A stretch of DNA of 64,000 nucleotides from Anolis carolinensis (GCF_035594765.1 NC_085846.1:14123190-14187189), one strand, 5' to 3'. Counted from the stretch's first letter, positions 47,934 to 62,315 are shown. Notes: generated by a model not told the origin, from the letters alone. Made by a program: numbers and translations.

Positions 47934-49334
47934 ATGCTTTCTGGACTCTTGTCTTCGCTTATAGGAAAACATCTTTCCAAACAAGGAGTTCAGCCCCTTT
48001 TCCACCCTGATCCCAATTTCTGGACTATTTCTTTGTGCATTATCTGACATGGGAAAGTATGGGCAAAGTTGTCATCCCCAAGCTCCTTACCCTTTCACTC
48101 TTTTCTTTAATTGTTGGTCCCTCAAATGTTAGACCTGTTTCTGGATATTCCAAAAATGGCACCAGTTTTCCCCTATCAGCTCTAGTTTCTAAGATGGCAT
48201 TTATCAGTTGCCATCTGCTCACTCATTGAAAACCATGATAACCATATAAAAGAAACTAGAGCTGATGGGGTCTATCCAATGCAATTTTCTGAATCAGAGT
48301 CCCAAATAATCCCAGGAACAGGCCTAAAAACCCATATATCCTGACTGTGAGACCCACTTACCTCATGCCTTGGTCAAGGTGCACTCTTCTTATCATCTGA
48401 GGATCATCTATTCCTTTCAGACCCATCTGGATGATCCAGATCCTGTTTTTGCCAAGACTAGAATCGCTAACTTTGAATGATCACATCCCATGTTGCCTCC
48501 CCTCTGCCCTCATAGGACAAAACTATTTTTCCCTTCATGTCCTAACGAAGAATACAGTAGATACAGTATGTGTGATATATTTAGGGTGAGGTCTATTACA
48601 GCATCGAACATTGTTTTCCCAACCCAATGGGATAATGACCGGGCACAGGTATCCTATTTTTAATCTTAATTGAGGGTTTTGGTGTTAAATTCATGTTTTT
48701 CATGCACATGTTCTGGCATCCTCTCCAACGCTTTTGCATTCTTCTCCAGTCCTTTGTATCACCACTTTAGGACAGGCTTCCTCCTTATTTATTTGGGAGA
48801 TCTCTTTTTCAATTAAAGATGTCCAGCCTCCCCACCCAGCTGAGTTTTCACTCAGTTCTTCTTTTGGAAAGATGTTGAAAGAAGTACTGCTGAATCCTTA
48901 ATGGCTGCCTTTTGAGGGGTTGAAGAATTGATTTATTGCATTTGTGTACATGCCTTCAAGTCACTGTTGATTTATGGCAACCCTGTGAATTTCAAAGTGT
49001 TTTCTTAGGCAAGGAATACTCAGAAGTGCATTATACCCACCCTCAAATGTCTGACTCTTGGCTATGGCAGTACATGTTTGTAAAGGTATGGAGCAGTAAC
49101 AAAAATCAAGGTGTGAAATGAAAGACAGGCCATGTTTTGGGATAGCAGCTAATAACACCAGAGATGCATTAAAACAGGCCTAGGAAAACTTTGGCCCTCC
49201 AGGTGTTTTGGACTTCTACTCCCACAATTCCTTACAGCTGGTATCTAAGAAACTAGAATGGATGTGGTCTATCCAATGCAATTGTCTGAACCAGGGCCCC
49301 AAATAAACCAGGAACAGACCTAAAAACCGTGAAA

Positions 49335-49650
49335 CTCCCTTCCACAAGAGACCAGGATCGCTCCATCCTGCTAGCTTTCCACAAGCTGGTCAAGACCTTG
49401 CTCTGCCAGCGAGCGTTTGTGGAAGAATAAGGGGCATGCTGCTGGGAGAGATGTGGGCGAGATTTGGGGAGGGGGGTAAAAGGCTATTTAAGTGTATTTA
49501 TTATATTTTAATATGTTTTTTAACCTTAATAAACACTGTATTATTTCTTTTTTTAGTTTTTGTATTGTGCTTTTTAAACTATGACTAAAGTGTGGAATTG
49601 TTGGCTGCCTTGAGTCTCCATAGGGAGAAAGTCTGGGTATAAATAAAGTA
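49335..49650 (+). mobile_element. L2 LINE 3' end
   Basis: Degenerate C-terminal coding remnant and tail ggctgccttgagtctcc..gggagaaagtctgggtataaataaag. Confidence 0.6.
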
Positions 49651-49661
49651 AATAATATATA

Positions 49662-49945
49662 TCCTCCACAATGGATTGTCACCTTGTCTTGATGAGGGGG
49701 CTTGCATCTTTCAATGAACTTGTAGGCGTAACCACTGAAGTCATGCACTCGGGGGTGGGGGGGTGCAGTAGTGGTTCCAGACCAAACACAATCCGAAGAC
49801 CTCAACGGTGGATCAGGCGGAAGATAACATGGTACATGTTACAATGGCTGCGAAGGCTGCAACAGATTGAGAAGCCACCGTTAACAGGTGTTTTCCAAGA
49901 ACTTGGAAGGCCATCATACTCGGATGAGGGATCGCCAAGTAAGTA
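49662..49945 (+). mobile_element. Short RTE-like non-autonomous element (5' end fused to 3' tail)
   Basis: 5' caccttgtc..gagggggcttgc..caatga resembles RTE 5' ends; 3' tail ccaagtaagtaa. Confidence 0.45.
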
Positions 49946-50144
49946 ATATATAATAATAATATAATAATAACAACAATAACAACACATTTTTTGGTTTGGC
50001 TGTGAAATACAACAAGTTGAAGAAACAATGTTCAAAGGAAAGCTCTCTGCACATAATCAAAAGCACGCTTATCTTGCTTACCTGGATCATAGTAGCATTG
50101 TCAAATGGATCAGAGCCTGAGACTTCTTTGATGTTTTAAAAGTA

Positions 50145-50504
50145 CAGGCAGTCCCCAAGTTATGAACAAGATAGGTTCTGTAGGTTTGTTCTTAATCTGA
50201 ATTCATATTTAAGTTCGACCAGTTACATTTTAAGTGTAGCTCCAGCCATGTAATCAAGTGTGTGTGGTGTACGTGCTTTGGATAGCTTAAGGAAGGTTTC
50301 ATAGCCCCTTGGTGTTTGTTTTGCTCTCTGTGCTCCTATTCAAAAGATTTCACTGCACTTTTTGTTCTTTGTTAATTGGATTTTGAAAAATGTTGGCTTG
50401 TGTGGAAACAAGAATTGGTGATAAAGCTTCAGTGGAGACACTTTTTCCCCATGATAACTGTGAATCATTTGTAAGTCAGATGTTTGTAACTCAGGGACTG
50501 CCTG
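50145..50504. mobile_element. Tigger/pogo-like MITE
   Basis: TIR caggcagtccc / gggactgcctg, TA TSD. Confidence 0.8.
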
Positions 50505-50692
50505 TACATGCATAGGGAGGGGGGGTGGCCAGGTACTAAATCATGAATGTTGTGTCCTTGAAAAGAAAATCCATTTGGATCAGTGAAGCGTCCCTGGGGT
50601 CCAGTGCTGGGGGGCACTATCACGAGTCACTCTGCCAAAGATGGCTCATCTACAGGTGCCAGCGGTCATTCCCTGTAGATGCGTGCTTCACC

Positions 50693-51375
50693 CGTTGGAA
50701 ATAACAATATCCCAAGCCTTTCACTATTTATTTGTTAATGTATATATTTGCTATATTTGCTAACCTGTATTCTACATGTACTGTTTGTTGATTTGCCAGT
50801 TTGACTGTACCTCTTTGGTGTGGGAAGGTTTATAGACATGTGATTGTACTGAGCATGTTCAGACTCAGGACTCCATTTTGTGTCCAGTCTGTTTTACACC
50901 TCAGTGGAGGTGGATGCCTGTTTGAATCACACCTCAGTGGAGGTGGATGCATGCTGCTGTTTAGACTTCAGTAGAGACATATGAGTTATGGACTTCAGTG
51001 AGTACAACTATACCTAAAAACTATGGACTATTGATTAAGAATGATACCCTGTGTATTCAACACACAGAGAACTTCATCCTATCTATACCTGAACTTTAAT
51101 AAGAAATGTGCTTGTATATTAATTTAATACAAGATGTTTGTAAGTAAACAAGATACGTTATTTTTTTTTTAAAGAAGACTTTGATTTTTTTTACATCTCT
51201 GAGTGCATATTTTAAACTAAGGGTTTTTCAGGGGAGCGTATATCTTTTGTGCAATTACAACTGCAACTACAATTTCAACTTCAAAGAAACAACCATCCTC
51301 TGCTAACCAGATCTATTTTAGTAGTGGCATGTCTTTGTCTTTGGCAGTTCAAAGACATGGTTCTTCAGTTTAACA
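50693..51375 (+). mobile_element. Probable solo LTR related to 60905-61585
   Basis: (c)GTTGGA...AACA ends, 683 bp, patchy similarity to the 60905 LTR; no TSD found. Confidence 0.45.
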
Positions 51376-51589
51376 GCGGAGTTGCCTGTGTGCCATTACA
51401 TGAATGCTTATGAATATCACTTGTTCAAAGTGTTGACTTCTAACAAGGTCATACTTTTCTTGACTAGCGGTTTTCAAAAGGTGATAGAATATGACATCAT
51501 TTTTTTCCTTTTCAGTAAGGTTATGCTTGCAATTTGTTTTCAAAGGGATATGTGCCCACCAGAGAGTGGGTGCAGTTATTTCCAATAGC

Positions 51590-52420
51590 CCTAGAAGCGA
51601 TGGAACCTCCTGAAGGGGACCTGTCACTCCCGACCTGTCCCTCCCTCGGTGGGCCAGGTAGAGCCCCCCGCCCTTTGGGCCGGCCCCGCGCCTCCTCCTC
51701 CTCCTCCTCCTCCTCCTCCTCCTCCTCCTCCTCCTCTTTAGCCGCTCCTCCTTCCTCAGCCGCACTTGCCAGCCGCTGCCTGTCCGGATACTCCGGGGTG
51801 GATGCGCCCCAAAGAGCCAGGTATGGGCTGGGCCAGGAGGGGGTTGCCTTGCTCGCCCTTGGGGTTCCCTTCAGCCTGGGGAGGGGCTGTGGGTGGAGGC
51901 CCTGGGGTGGGCTCCCCAAAGGACCCTCTCCTTTGCGCCTCTCCATCCCCGCGTGTCCTGGGGCTCCGGGGAAATCCAGGCGCTTCCGAAGTCCTGGCGC
52001 GCACGACATTTGGGCAGGAAGGGAAGCAGGAAGGGGGGGGGGGCTTTCATTACAGGATGGGATCCGGGGCCATTTTGGAGGAGCGGGCACCCGTTTTGCA
52101 GCAGCGGGGACCGAGGGATCTGGTTTCCTTTGGCAAAGGCTCGACTCCAAATCCTCTCGCCCCCGCCGCTCCAAATTGGCCCGAGTTCCTGCTTCTAGGC
52201 GCCCTCACCTTCCCGGGATTCTTCCTTGGTGATGCCCACCGCCAGAGATGTCTTCCCCCGTGGGAGCAAAAGTCCGACGCTGACCTGGATCCACAAAGCA
52301 TCCCCAAAGCGAGCGCGCACGGGGATCAAGTGGCCGGTTGCGCACCTGAGCCAGAGAGAGAAACCGCATCGTTTACGGACCCTGTCACACTGCACTGTGG
52401 TCAAGCGCGTTGAGTTCGTT
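51590..52420 (+). promoter_or_regulatory. CCDC106: CpG island, probable CCDC106 promoter/non-coding exon 1; includes (CCT)n at 51691-51736
   Basis: GC/CpG rich, about 2 kb upstream of the first coding exon. Confidence 0.6.
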
Positions 52421-52820
52421 TTAATCGCCATGGCAACATCCTGTGGACTCCTGGGGCTTGTCCTTTGCTGAGGTTCCAGAGACACAGATAACACTCTCTG
52501 CCTTGGAGATTCCAGATATTCTTCCCTAAGGGATGAACTCCAAGATTCCACAGGATGCTGCTATAGCAGTTAAAGTAGAACCGTGGGGTTAGAACAATGC
52601 AGTATCATCAGGCCTATAGCCAGAAAAAAAGGGGGGGGGGGTTAAGTGGGGTTTGTTAAGGGATACAGAAAACTGGGTGAGTTTTTGGAAGGATCAACAC
52701 CAAGATTAAAGTAGATGTATGTGTAGCAAGGGTCCACGTGTAGGTGTGTTGCATGGGTTAATAGATGCAAGTGATTTCTCTTGCTGCAATAATAATAATA
52801 ATAACAACAACAACAACAAC

Positions 52821-53662
52821 AGCTGGCACGACAAACACATTGCATGGAAAGTTCCTTGACAAAATTGAAGGAAAAGCTGATAAGGAGAAGACCTGGCTAT
52901 GGCTCCCGAATGGGACACTGAAGAAGGAGACAGAAGGCCTGATCCTTGCAGCCCAGAAGCAAGCCATCAGAACAAATGCAATTAAGGCCAAGATCGAAAA
53001 ATCAGCTGATGACCCAAAATGCAGACTGTGCAAGGAAACCGACGAAACCATTGATCATATCCTCAGCTGCTGTAAGAAAATCACACAGACAGACTACAAA
53101 CAGAGGCACAACTATGTGGCCCAAATGATTCATTGGAACTTATGCCTCAAGTACCACCTCCCAGTAGTAAAGAACTGGTGGGATCACAAACCTGCAAAAG
53201 TATTGGAAAATGAGCACGCAAAGATACTGTGGGACTTCCGAATCCAGACTGACTAAGTTCTGGAACACAACACACCAGACATCACAGTTATGGAAAAGAA
53301 AAAGGTTTGGATCATTGATGTTGCCATCCCAGGTGACAGTCGAATTGACGAAAAACAACAGGAAAAACTCAGCCGCTTTCAGGACTTCAAGATTGAACTT
53401 CAAAGACTCTGCCAGAAACCAGTGCAGGTGGTCCCGGTGGTGATCGTCACATTAGGTGCCGTGCCAAAAGATCTCAGCTGGCATTTGGAAACAATAGACA
53501 TTGACAAAATTACGATCTGCCAACTGCAAAAGGCCACCCTGCTGGGATCTGTGCACATCATCCGAAAATACATCACACAGTCCTAGACACTTGGGAAGTG
53601 TTCGACTTGTGATTTTGTGAAACGAAATCCAGCATATCTATCTTGTTTGCTGTGTCATAATA
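52821..53662 (+). mobile_element. 5'-truncated R4/Dong-clade non-LTR retrotransposon (CCHC knuckle plus restriction-like endonuclease), one in-frame stop
   Basis: LHGKF..TEGLILAAQ.Q, CRLC..ETIDHILSCC, RHN, WDFRIQTD*, PDI..IIDVAIP; sits in a (TAA)n/(CAA)n tract. Confidence 0.9.
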
Positions 53663-54036
53663 ACTTTATTTTGTACCCTGCCTCCATCTCCGCGAAGGGA
53701 CTCAGGGCGGCTGACATGGGGCCAAGCCCAGATAATTACAACAGACTGAAATAAAATACATACATAATACACATCATCAGCAGGTAAAATACGTCAAGAT
53801 AAAAACACATTTATACACAGGAAGGCCATTATGCAGTTTCTAACTTTACAATGAATGACTGCTGTGATCGATTGCACCCTGCACTTTGGTTCTTTCTTTT
53901 GAAGTTCACGTTTTAAGGAAATCTAAACCCTATTTCAAATAGAAGAACAGGTGGTTCTACAGTTCGCCATGTTTTAGCCATTTACATTCCTTTTCTGTAG
54001 GTTGATAGTCTCCATCCTGCCTGGGGAGGTAGGACG

Positions 54037-54106
54037 ATGAGTGAAAGTAACCATTACCAACGGGCAAATGCAAGTAGGAGACGTCGTGGAGGTGCAGCAA
54101 AGCAAG
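54037..54106 (+). CDS. CCDC106: CCDC106 coding exon 1 (MSESNHYQRANASRRRRGGAAKQ)
   Basis: Acceptor ttttctgtAG at 54000, donor aag|GTAAGC, phase 1 compatible with the next exon; SRRR motif as in the recalled human N-terminus. Confidence 0.7.
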
Positions 54107-54467
54107 GTAAGCGTATGTCAGTTAGAAGCTGCCATGTTGGCTAAAAGATACTAGGAGTTGCAGTGCAAAAAACCAGGGTGAAGAAAGCTATTTTTCTTCA
54201 TGCCAACATATCAGATATGCAAGTGAACATGAACTACATGTAATGTGTGCATGTTTTCCTTCCATAGTAGTTTCTTTAGCCATTTTTTATGGTTAGAGGT
54301 CCCAACAGTGTTCTGTAATGAAAGGAGGTGCAACTAGTACTTTCCAGATACTCAGAATTATATCTCCCATAAGACACAAGCAGGACAATCATTGCCTTGG
54401 GGTAATAAGCTCATACTCCAAAACATCTGGGGGGACACAAGCTTTAATTCTTCCTGTAACAGTATGA

Positions 54468-54950
54468 TTTATTTATTTATTTATTTACAGTATTTATATT
54501 CCGCCCTTCTCACCCCGAAGGGGACTCAGGGCGGATTACAATGAACACATATATGGCAAACATTCAATGCCAATAGACAAACAACATTCAGTTTTAGACA
54601 GACACAGAGGCATTTTTTTTAACATCTTTCCAGCTTCACGATTTCCGGCCACAGGGAGAGTTGTTGCTTCACCGTCCATTGGTGGCTGTTCTTCCTCTTC
54701 TTTTCCTCGTGAGCAGTTTTATGGTGTTGTAGATTAGTTAAATTAGCCTCCCACATAAAGCGTCCCTAAATTTTCCTTAATTGACAGATGCAACTGTCTT
54801 TCGGGGCTGCTAGGTCAACAGCAAGCCGGGGCTATTTTTTTTTTAATGGTCGGAGGCTTAACCTGACCCGGGCTTCGAACTCATGACCTCTCGGTCAGTA
54901 GTGATTTATAGCAGCTGGTTACTAGCCAGCTGCGCCACAGCCCGGCCCCC
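54468..54950 (-). mobile_element. tRNA-head SINE with an L2-type 3' tail
   Basis: Minus-strand head ggggccgggctgtggcgcagctgg..gagttcgaagccc; tail ccgccctgagtcccc..(TAAA)n. Confidence 0.8.
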
Positions 54951-55142
54951 TGATGATGGTAAGCAGGACTGTTTGCCACCATCTCCCCAAACTATGTTCA
55001 AAAGCAGAGCTGCTTTACTTCAGCTATTTGCTAAACTCCAGCACTATTTTTCCTTCCTGTAGGATTTCATGCACAAAGAAAGCTATTAGGCTCCTGTATT
55101 TCTTCTCTTTATCACCCATTCCCTTGGTTTATGTGTTTACAG

Positions 55143-55256
55143 TGAAAGAAAATAATGAAGCTTACAAACTTTTGGATGAACCGCTCCAGATGGAGTCTCA
55201 GACACAAACTCAGCAACAATTGTATTATGGCTTGAGCCCACCACAGAATTTTGATG
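55143..55256 (+). CDS. CCDC106: CCDC106 coding exon 2
   Basis: AG/GT bounded, 114 nt, KENNEAY..DEP..LYYGLSP..NFD. Confidence 0.8.
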
Positions 55257-55498
55257 GTGAGAAAAAAAACACATTTTCCAACCCTCCATGTGTAGTATTT
55301 GTGCATCCTTTAAATACATATTGGATTACTTTTGGCCTTCTGCATAGGATGAACTACAACTCTCGGAATTCCTGACCATTGGCCATAATGGCTGAGGTTT
55401 CTCGGAACTGATATGCAAAGCCATCGCAAGGGCTAAAGCTTCCCCACCCTTCGATGCAATCTCTTGTGTCTGATCATGAGGTCAATAAGGATAAAAAA

Positions 55499-55771
55499 GG
55501 AGCTGCGGTGGCGCAATGGGTTAAACCCTTGTGCCGGCTGGACTGCTGACCTTGAAGGTTAGGTTGCTGACCCAAAGGTTGCCAGTTTGAATCAGTGGGA
55601 CAGGGTGAGCTCCCGTCTGTCAGCTCTAGCTTGCGAGGACATAAGAGAAGCCTCCTAACAGGATGGTAACACATCTGGGCATCCCCTGGGCAACGTCTCT
55701 GAGGATGGCCAATTCTCTCACACCTGAAGTGATTTGCAGTGTTCTTAATTTGCTTCTGACATGATTAAAAA
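55499..55771 (+). mobile_element. tRNA-derived SINE (diverged)
   Basis: ggagctgcggtggcgcaatgggttaaacc...; related to the 10565 family. Confidence 0.8.
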
Positions 55772-55832
55772 ATGGAATCGATACTCTCCTACTGAAGTGA
55801 AGGATCTGTGTAGGAGACCTGCAGAGTTATAA

Positions 55833-56255
<423 letters not shown>

Positions 56256-56615
56256 TAAAGGCTCTTTTGGAAGGAAGAACAATCTAGGCGAGAGGAATGG
56301 GAACCAAGATATCCCGATTTTCATCTAACAAGAGTAATGGTCACAATTTGAGAGATGGTTGCGCCTAAATGCTACAAGTGACTGCTTTGTCCTCCAAAGA
56401 ATGACATTGACTCCCATAACCACTGATTGGTGGAAGCTGGAATCTATCTACTTTTGGGAGGCCATAGGTTGCCTACCCATTTGAGTAAAGGGCTAGGTCT
56501 CCCTCAATATCAGTCAAGGATATTGTGCATGCTAGTCTAGAAAACAATGCCAAGTAGAACGCAGTGTCTCTCTCCATACCATGCCCTTTGCCCCTTCTCC
56601 TCCCTCTCTTCTTAG

Positions 56616-56795
56616 ATGACCACTTTCGCAGCAAACAGGCCCTCCGGCGGAATGGGGATGCGACGGACGATGACAGTATGGGCTCCTGGCTGACTGCCAG
56701 CCCTGAAGAAGGGGGCTCCACAGAACACAAAAAGCAGAAAGGTGGGACTAACAGAAGACGCTTTGTGAAACCCAAAATGCGTGAGAGGCAGAGAG
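56616..56795 (+). CDS. CCDC106: CCDC106 coding exon 4
   Basis: KQKGGTNRRRFVKPKMRERQR; AG and GTGAGT boundaries. Confidence 0.9.
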
Positions 56796-57475
56796 GTGAG
56801 TAGAGTAAAAAAATGTCCCGCAACCCTGCTTCTCATCTCCCAATTTTTCTTCCCTCACAAACGTATTAAATATTGTCAGAGTCTCAAAAAACTACTCTTG
56901 GGGATTTTAGTTCCTAGAAATCCCTGGAGAATTTGTGACATTGCAAGCAAGCATTTTTTTTCCAAGCCCAAAAGTAGTTTCCAAGAATCTGGATAAATGG
57001 TTACAATAACATTTTTTAAACATTATTTTTCTTTCTTGACCCATCCCCACTGCCTTTCTCTCTGCTAATCTGTTTCCATTCTTTATTTCATATTTCTGTC
57101 TGCTCTTCATTATGTATATCTCTTACCATTTCTTCTCCACTTCTTGCTACAAAATTTCACCATTTATTTCCCTGTGTCCTTTTCATATCCACCAATATTT
57201 TCAATTTCTACATTACTGGATGATGCTGATTTTGTTGTTCTCATTACTTTCCATTCTTTGTTTGGTTACTGGGGCATTCTCAACACTTCCATGCTACTGA
57301 TTATATATAATTATCTGCTTTCCCAACATGACGTAATGTGGTCACTTTCTTTTCCTGGTGGTCTGTCTCATTTCTTATGGTTTTTCCAACTCATCTTGGC
57401 TTTTAAATCCTGGTCCATGAACCATCACTCTTCTACCTTTCTCTATTTTGCCCCGTACTTTTCATCTGAACCTGA

Positions 57476-57898
<423 letters not shown>

Positions 57899-60800
57899 CT
57901 TCCCGCCTTTGGCTGCTGGGGCTCACTTTGTAAGCTGTTATACCTCCATCCCTGCCCAATCTTTTCCAAGCACCTCTTGTGCCCTCTCTCGCCATCTCTT
58001 TGGTCCTTGCCAAACATTCCCCACAGCTTCAAAGGCTGGATAAAGACAGCTTTGTAGGCTTGGCTAACTTGCTCATGAGGTGAGGGAATGATCAGTGTTA
58101 ACTTCTTAAGGTGTATCGCTTAATCTGACTGGATGCTCCCACTGGACCATAAGGAACACATTTCATTCTTTACTTCCACCTGAGAACTGACAAAAATGGT
58201 TATTCAGAGGACAGGTGAAGTAAGTCAGTGGGACAGAATTTGCTGTATCCAAAGGTAGATGCTTGGGAGTTGCTAAAGCGGTAGAGTGACACTGTTCAGA
58301 TTGCCAAATTGTTAATAGGAAGTACACAGCTTGGGAAAGTTGTTTTGGACTCCCATATTCTCCCAGCCAGTATGTGTTGGCTCAGAGATTTCAGGAATTA
58401 CATTAAAAATATTTTGTGAAGCTCTGGAAATGTGAGCCCTGCCTCTAAATCGGTTTCTAGCCCACAAACGTGCATGGGATCATGTTCTCGTGCACACAGA
58501 AGTCTTTTGTTGCACATCAATTGTCTGAAAAGATAAATAGTTACAAGTTGATAAATACATTTCCTTACCTCATTTTTCCCATGTCGTAGCTTATTTACAA
58601 AGAGCCACAAAATTAAGTGAGGATGCTTAGATGCCAATTCCACGCTTATTCAATAGAGTGGATAAGGATGTGTGTGTGTTCCATCTGGGCCAGATCTTTC
58701 CCCCATTTTGGATTCTTTAACCCAAAGAAGCAAATGGATGGAGAGGAATGGCTCCAGGGTCTTTGCAGCCAATAACTTTCACTGGGTCCTTTCTTCTTTC
58801 CTTGCTTTGGGATTCATAGGTTCATGCAACAGGCTTGCTTTCCCAGTTCTGACACAGTTCTGGAAGCAATAGCGTTGGGGTTTTCAGCCGAAAGCTGGAT
58901 TGCTTCCTCCAAGGGGCTCTTCTGCTTCTGCACCTTGTTGAAAATGTCTGCAAAAGCAAAAGAAAACCCCAAATTGCAGCCCCTTATTGAGCTAAGGATC
59001 CTGAACTGGGTCCTATTATATTATAGTATAATTATATTTATTATATTATATGTAGTTGTCCAGTTATGTTATTTAATTTTATTTATCGGTTACTTTGTTA
59101 TAGTTATGAATTGATTTTTGGGATTAGGCAGGGTTGTTTATTTTGTCTTTGTTTAATGTATTATGGCATTGAATGTTTGCCATTTTTTGTTGGAAGCCAC
59201 CTTGAGTCCCTTCGGAGAGATAGGGCAGAATATAAAGTTTTATTATTATGTGTCTAGTCCTGCTGCTTAAATTGGCCTCAACCTACAGACAACAAAGGTC
59301 TCCTTACAAAGCGATTTTTGATGGAGGATTCAGACACTTCATGTGCCAAGCCATTATTCGATTGCCCTCTCCAGTCTGCTGAGTGATTAGACTAGACCTG
59401 AGAAGGCATATATGGTGGGGTACCATTGCTTACCCGCACTTTATAAGAATTCTCTCCCTGCTGCTTTTCACTCAAATTTTCCTCAGACTGGAAGGATCAA
59501 CTGCACTGTTCAGAGGTCTCTAGATACTTTCCTTCAGCCTCCCAAAATATTCCCATGTTCTGTACATATCTCATATTTTTTACCTCATGGTTGTGCCAGG
59601 CTTTTTCTTCTATTTCTGTTTACCTATTACTGGCACTCAAACCAATATGTTTTTGCTTATTGTTTATTTGTTTTGGTTGGGGGGATGATGTTGTACTCTT
59701 GTATTGTGTAATTTGTTTTTTAACAATTTGTTCCATCCATGGGAGAAAAGTGGGATAATAAATAAATAAATAAATAACTTGTTTTTCTGCCAATTTTTGG
59801 TAATTTTCATTCTTTTTTGCTCCTTTTATGTGAGCACTGTGCGTGCGCAGACACGGTGCAGGCTTTGTCAACTGAGGCTTTTCAGGTGCTTTGGACTATT
59901 GATCCTTTCACTAGCATGGTGAATGGTTGGCCATGATGGGGATTGTAGTCCAAAGTATCTGGAGGATGTCATCTAAGAAGGATGTTCAGCACATTTATGG
60001 CTTCAGGATACCACTGTGGATGTGTATGACAAAGAATGAATATAAGGATGTCAACAGTTTACCTCTGGTTTTTGGGAATGCGCTCATTTATTCAGTGTAA
60101 TTAATGGGTTGTTTCCACTGTGCCTGTAATTTTTAACCCTGCCCCATTTTCCTCTTGTGTTTAAAATATTTTAAAAATAAAAAGTTTAAAATTATATCTA
60201 CTAAGATTTAAGTTAAACTGTGTTTTGAATAAAACTGAACATCTGTGATCTATCTATTTATGTATACATTGGTATCTATCTATATCTATACTGCCTCTTT
60301 GGGAATGAACAAGGAGACTGGATATGGGAGACATTCAAATTCTCAGCCAATCATGTATTTTCTAGAGGTCTTTGGATTAAATTATCAAATTATGAAATAA
60401 AAACAATCACCTGGCTTCACAGTTGAATGATGAAGGTAAATTATAATATTCTGAAAGGAATATCCTAGCTGTAAAAAACAAGAGGGGACATGGGCTAGGT
60501 GCATTTCTGTGACTTCACTGAATGGCTCATGTTTGGAAGTAACTGGCAATCCATACCTTTCAAGAACGCAAAGGGTCTATTGGGCTACAACTCCTAACAG
60601 CCTCAGACAACACTGCCAACAATAAAGGATGAACAGAGTCTGCTATCAACACTTGAAGGGTTACACCTTTCCTCCACCCTACGACGAAAGATACATCAGG
60701 CATCCTTGCAGAAACATAGCCAAGTTAATCAGGATCCTCATGCAAAGGGATCCTTGTGGCACTTTTGAGACTTAAGACCCCATACACATTTTTACAGTAT

Positions 60801-60904
60801 ATTATGCAGTTTCAGAATGAAGTTTAACAACACTAAAGTGTGTTATATGGCAGTGTGTGGACTCATATAATCCTGTTCAACGCAGCTAAACTGCATTCTG
60901 AAAC

Positions 60905-61585
60905 TGTTGGAGATAGCAACCTTCTCAAGCCTCCTCTATTCAATGTTTTGTCTGTTTTCTAATGTCAGTTTATTTCCTGAAGTGTATGTCTTAACTGGTT
61001 TGCAGTTTCCTTAGCTCTTTGTACTTAAAGTAGTGGGAGGGGCTTCAGACAATGTGACTGGTTCAGTGACTGTTCAGTTTTATGTTCAGTGACTGTTCAG
61101 TTTTATGTTCAGTTTTAAAAGGATGACAGTTAGAAGTCAGTTGAGGCTTGAGTACAGAGGTCTGTTAGAGTGCAGAAGCCAATGTAGGAAGCTAGAAGTC
61201 AGTCGAGGCTTGTGTTTCTTTGGAAGTAGATTATTATTAAAGAGAGCTGTACAAAGCAATATAGTTTTGAAGAGACTCTTAAAGATTATAAATTAAAGAT
61301 ACAAACTGAAATGTTTTAATGTTTAACTTGACAAGAAATGTACCTGTATCTTTAAATACATGAAGTTATGAATAAACAAACATGTTATTTTAAAAGAAGT
61401 ATACTTGAATCTTTGTCTGCTGACAGCATCAAATAGAAACAAAATACCTATGTGCCTAGAGATTGTCCATTATCCAATAAACTAAAAGAACACCTCTGAA
61501 ACTCTGCTACCCAATAGGTTATGACCCTAACAAGTCATAATCCCCATTAGGTTGTGATCATAACAGGTCATAATCCATCCCAACA
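60905..61585 (+). mobile_element. Solo LTR (681 bp) inserted in a MITE
   Basis: TGTTGG...CCAACA ends, perfect 5-bp TSD GAAAC (60900-60904 / 61586-61590), internal AATAAA; a 5-bp TSD fits Copia or BEL/Pao. Confidence 0.8.
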
Positions 61586-61759
61586 GAAACTGCCTTATAC
61601 GGCAGTGTAGATGGGTGCTAACCTGAGACACTGATAGCATAAACTTTTGTGGATCAAGGCTGCATTCACACTGCAGAACTGCAAATGGTTTGATGCCACA
61701 TTAATTGCCACAATGCTATGGAATTCTGGGGAGTGTAGTTTTGCAAGGTATTTTTCCTT

Positions 61760-61986
61760 GGTTTTGTTGTATATCTTTCGGGCTGTGTGGCCATGTTCCA
61801 GAAGCATTCTCTCCTGACGTTTCGCCCACATCTATGGCAGGCTCCTCAGAGGCTGTGAGGCCTCTGAGGATGCCTGCCATAGATGTGGGTGAAACGTCAG
61901 GAGAGAATGCTTCTGGAACATGGCCACACAGCCCGAAAGACATACAACAACCCTGTGATCCCAGCCATGAAAGCCTTCGACAACAC
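61760..61986. mobile_element. Head-to-head inverted Penelope mini-insertion with two hammerhead motifs
   Basis: 12-bp TSD gtatttttcctt (61748-61759 / 61987-61998); motifs at 61813-61852 (-) and 61861-61901 (+). Confidence 0.85.
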
Positions 61987-62315
61987 GTATTTTTCCTTCT
62001 CTGTCAAGAGAGCTCTGGTGTTTCAGCAAGCTACAAATTCTAAGATTCCATAGGATGGAGCTGTGGAGATTAAAGTGGTGTCAAACTGCATTCATTCGAT
62101 AATGTAAATGCAACCTTTAATCTATTCCATCAGAAGCTACAAGATCCCTTTCGGTGTCTTCCATCCTTGTAGTTCACTATATTTTAATTTGGCAGAAGTT
62201 AGACGTTTTTAAAATAATCAGTTGGATTGAAGTGGGGAAAGAATGTATATTTTATATTTTTATTTACATTTAGATAATTTATATTTATATATAAATGTAT
62301 ATTTATATATAATCC

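Noticed and set aside
51370-52551. Long overlapping ORFs (poly-S/E/R)
   Set aside because: CpG island plus (CCT)n repeat produce open frames with no recognisable homology
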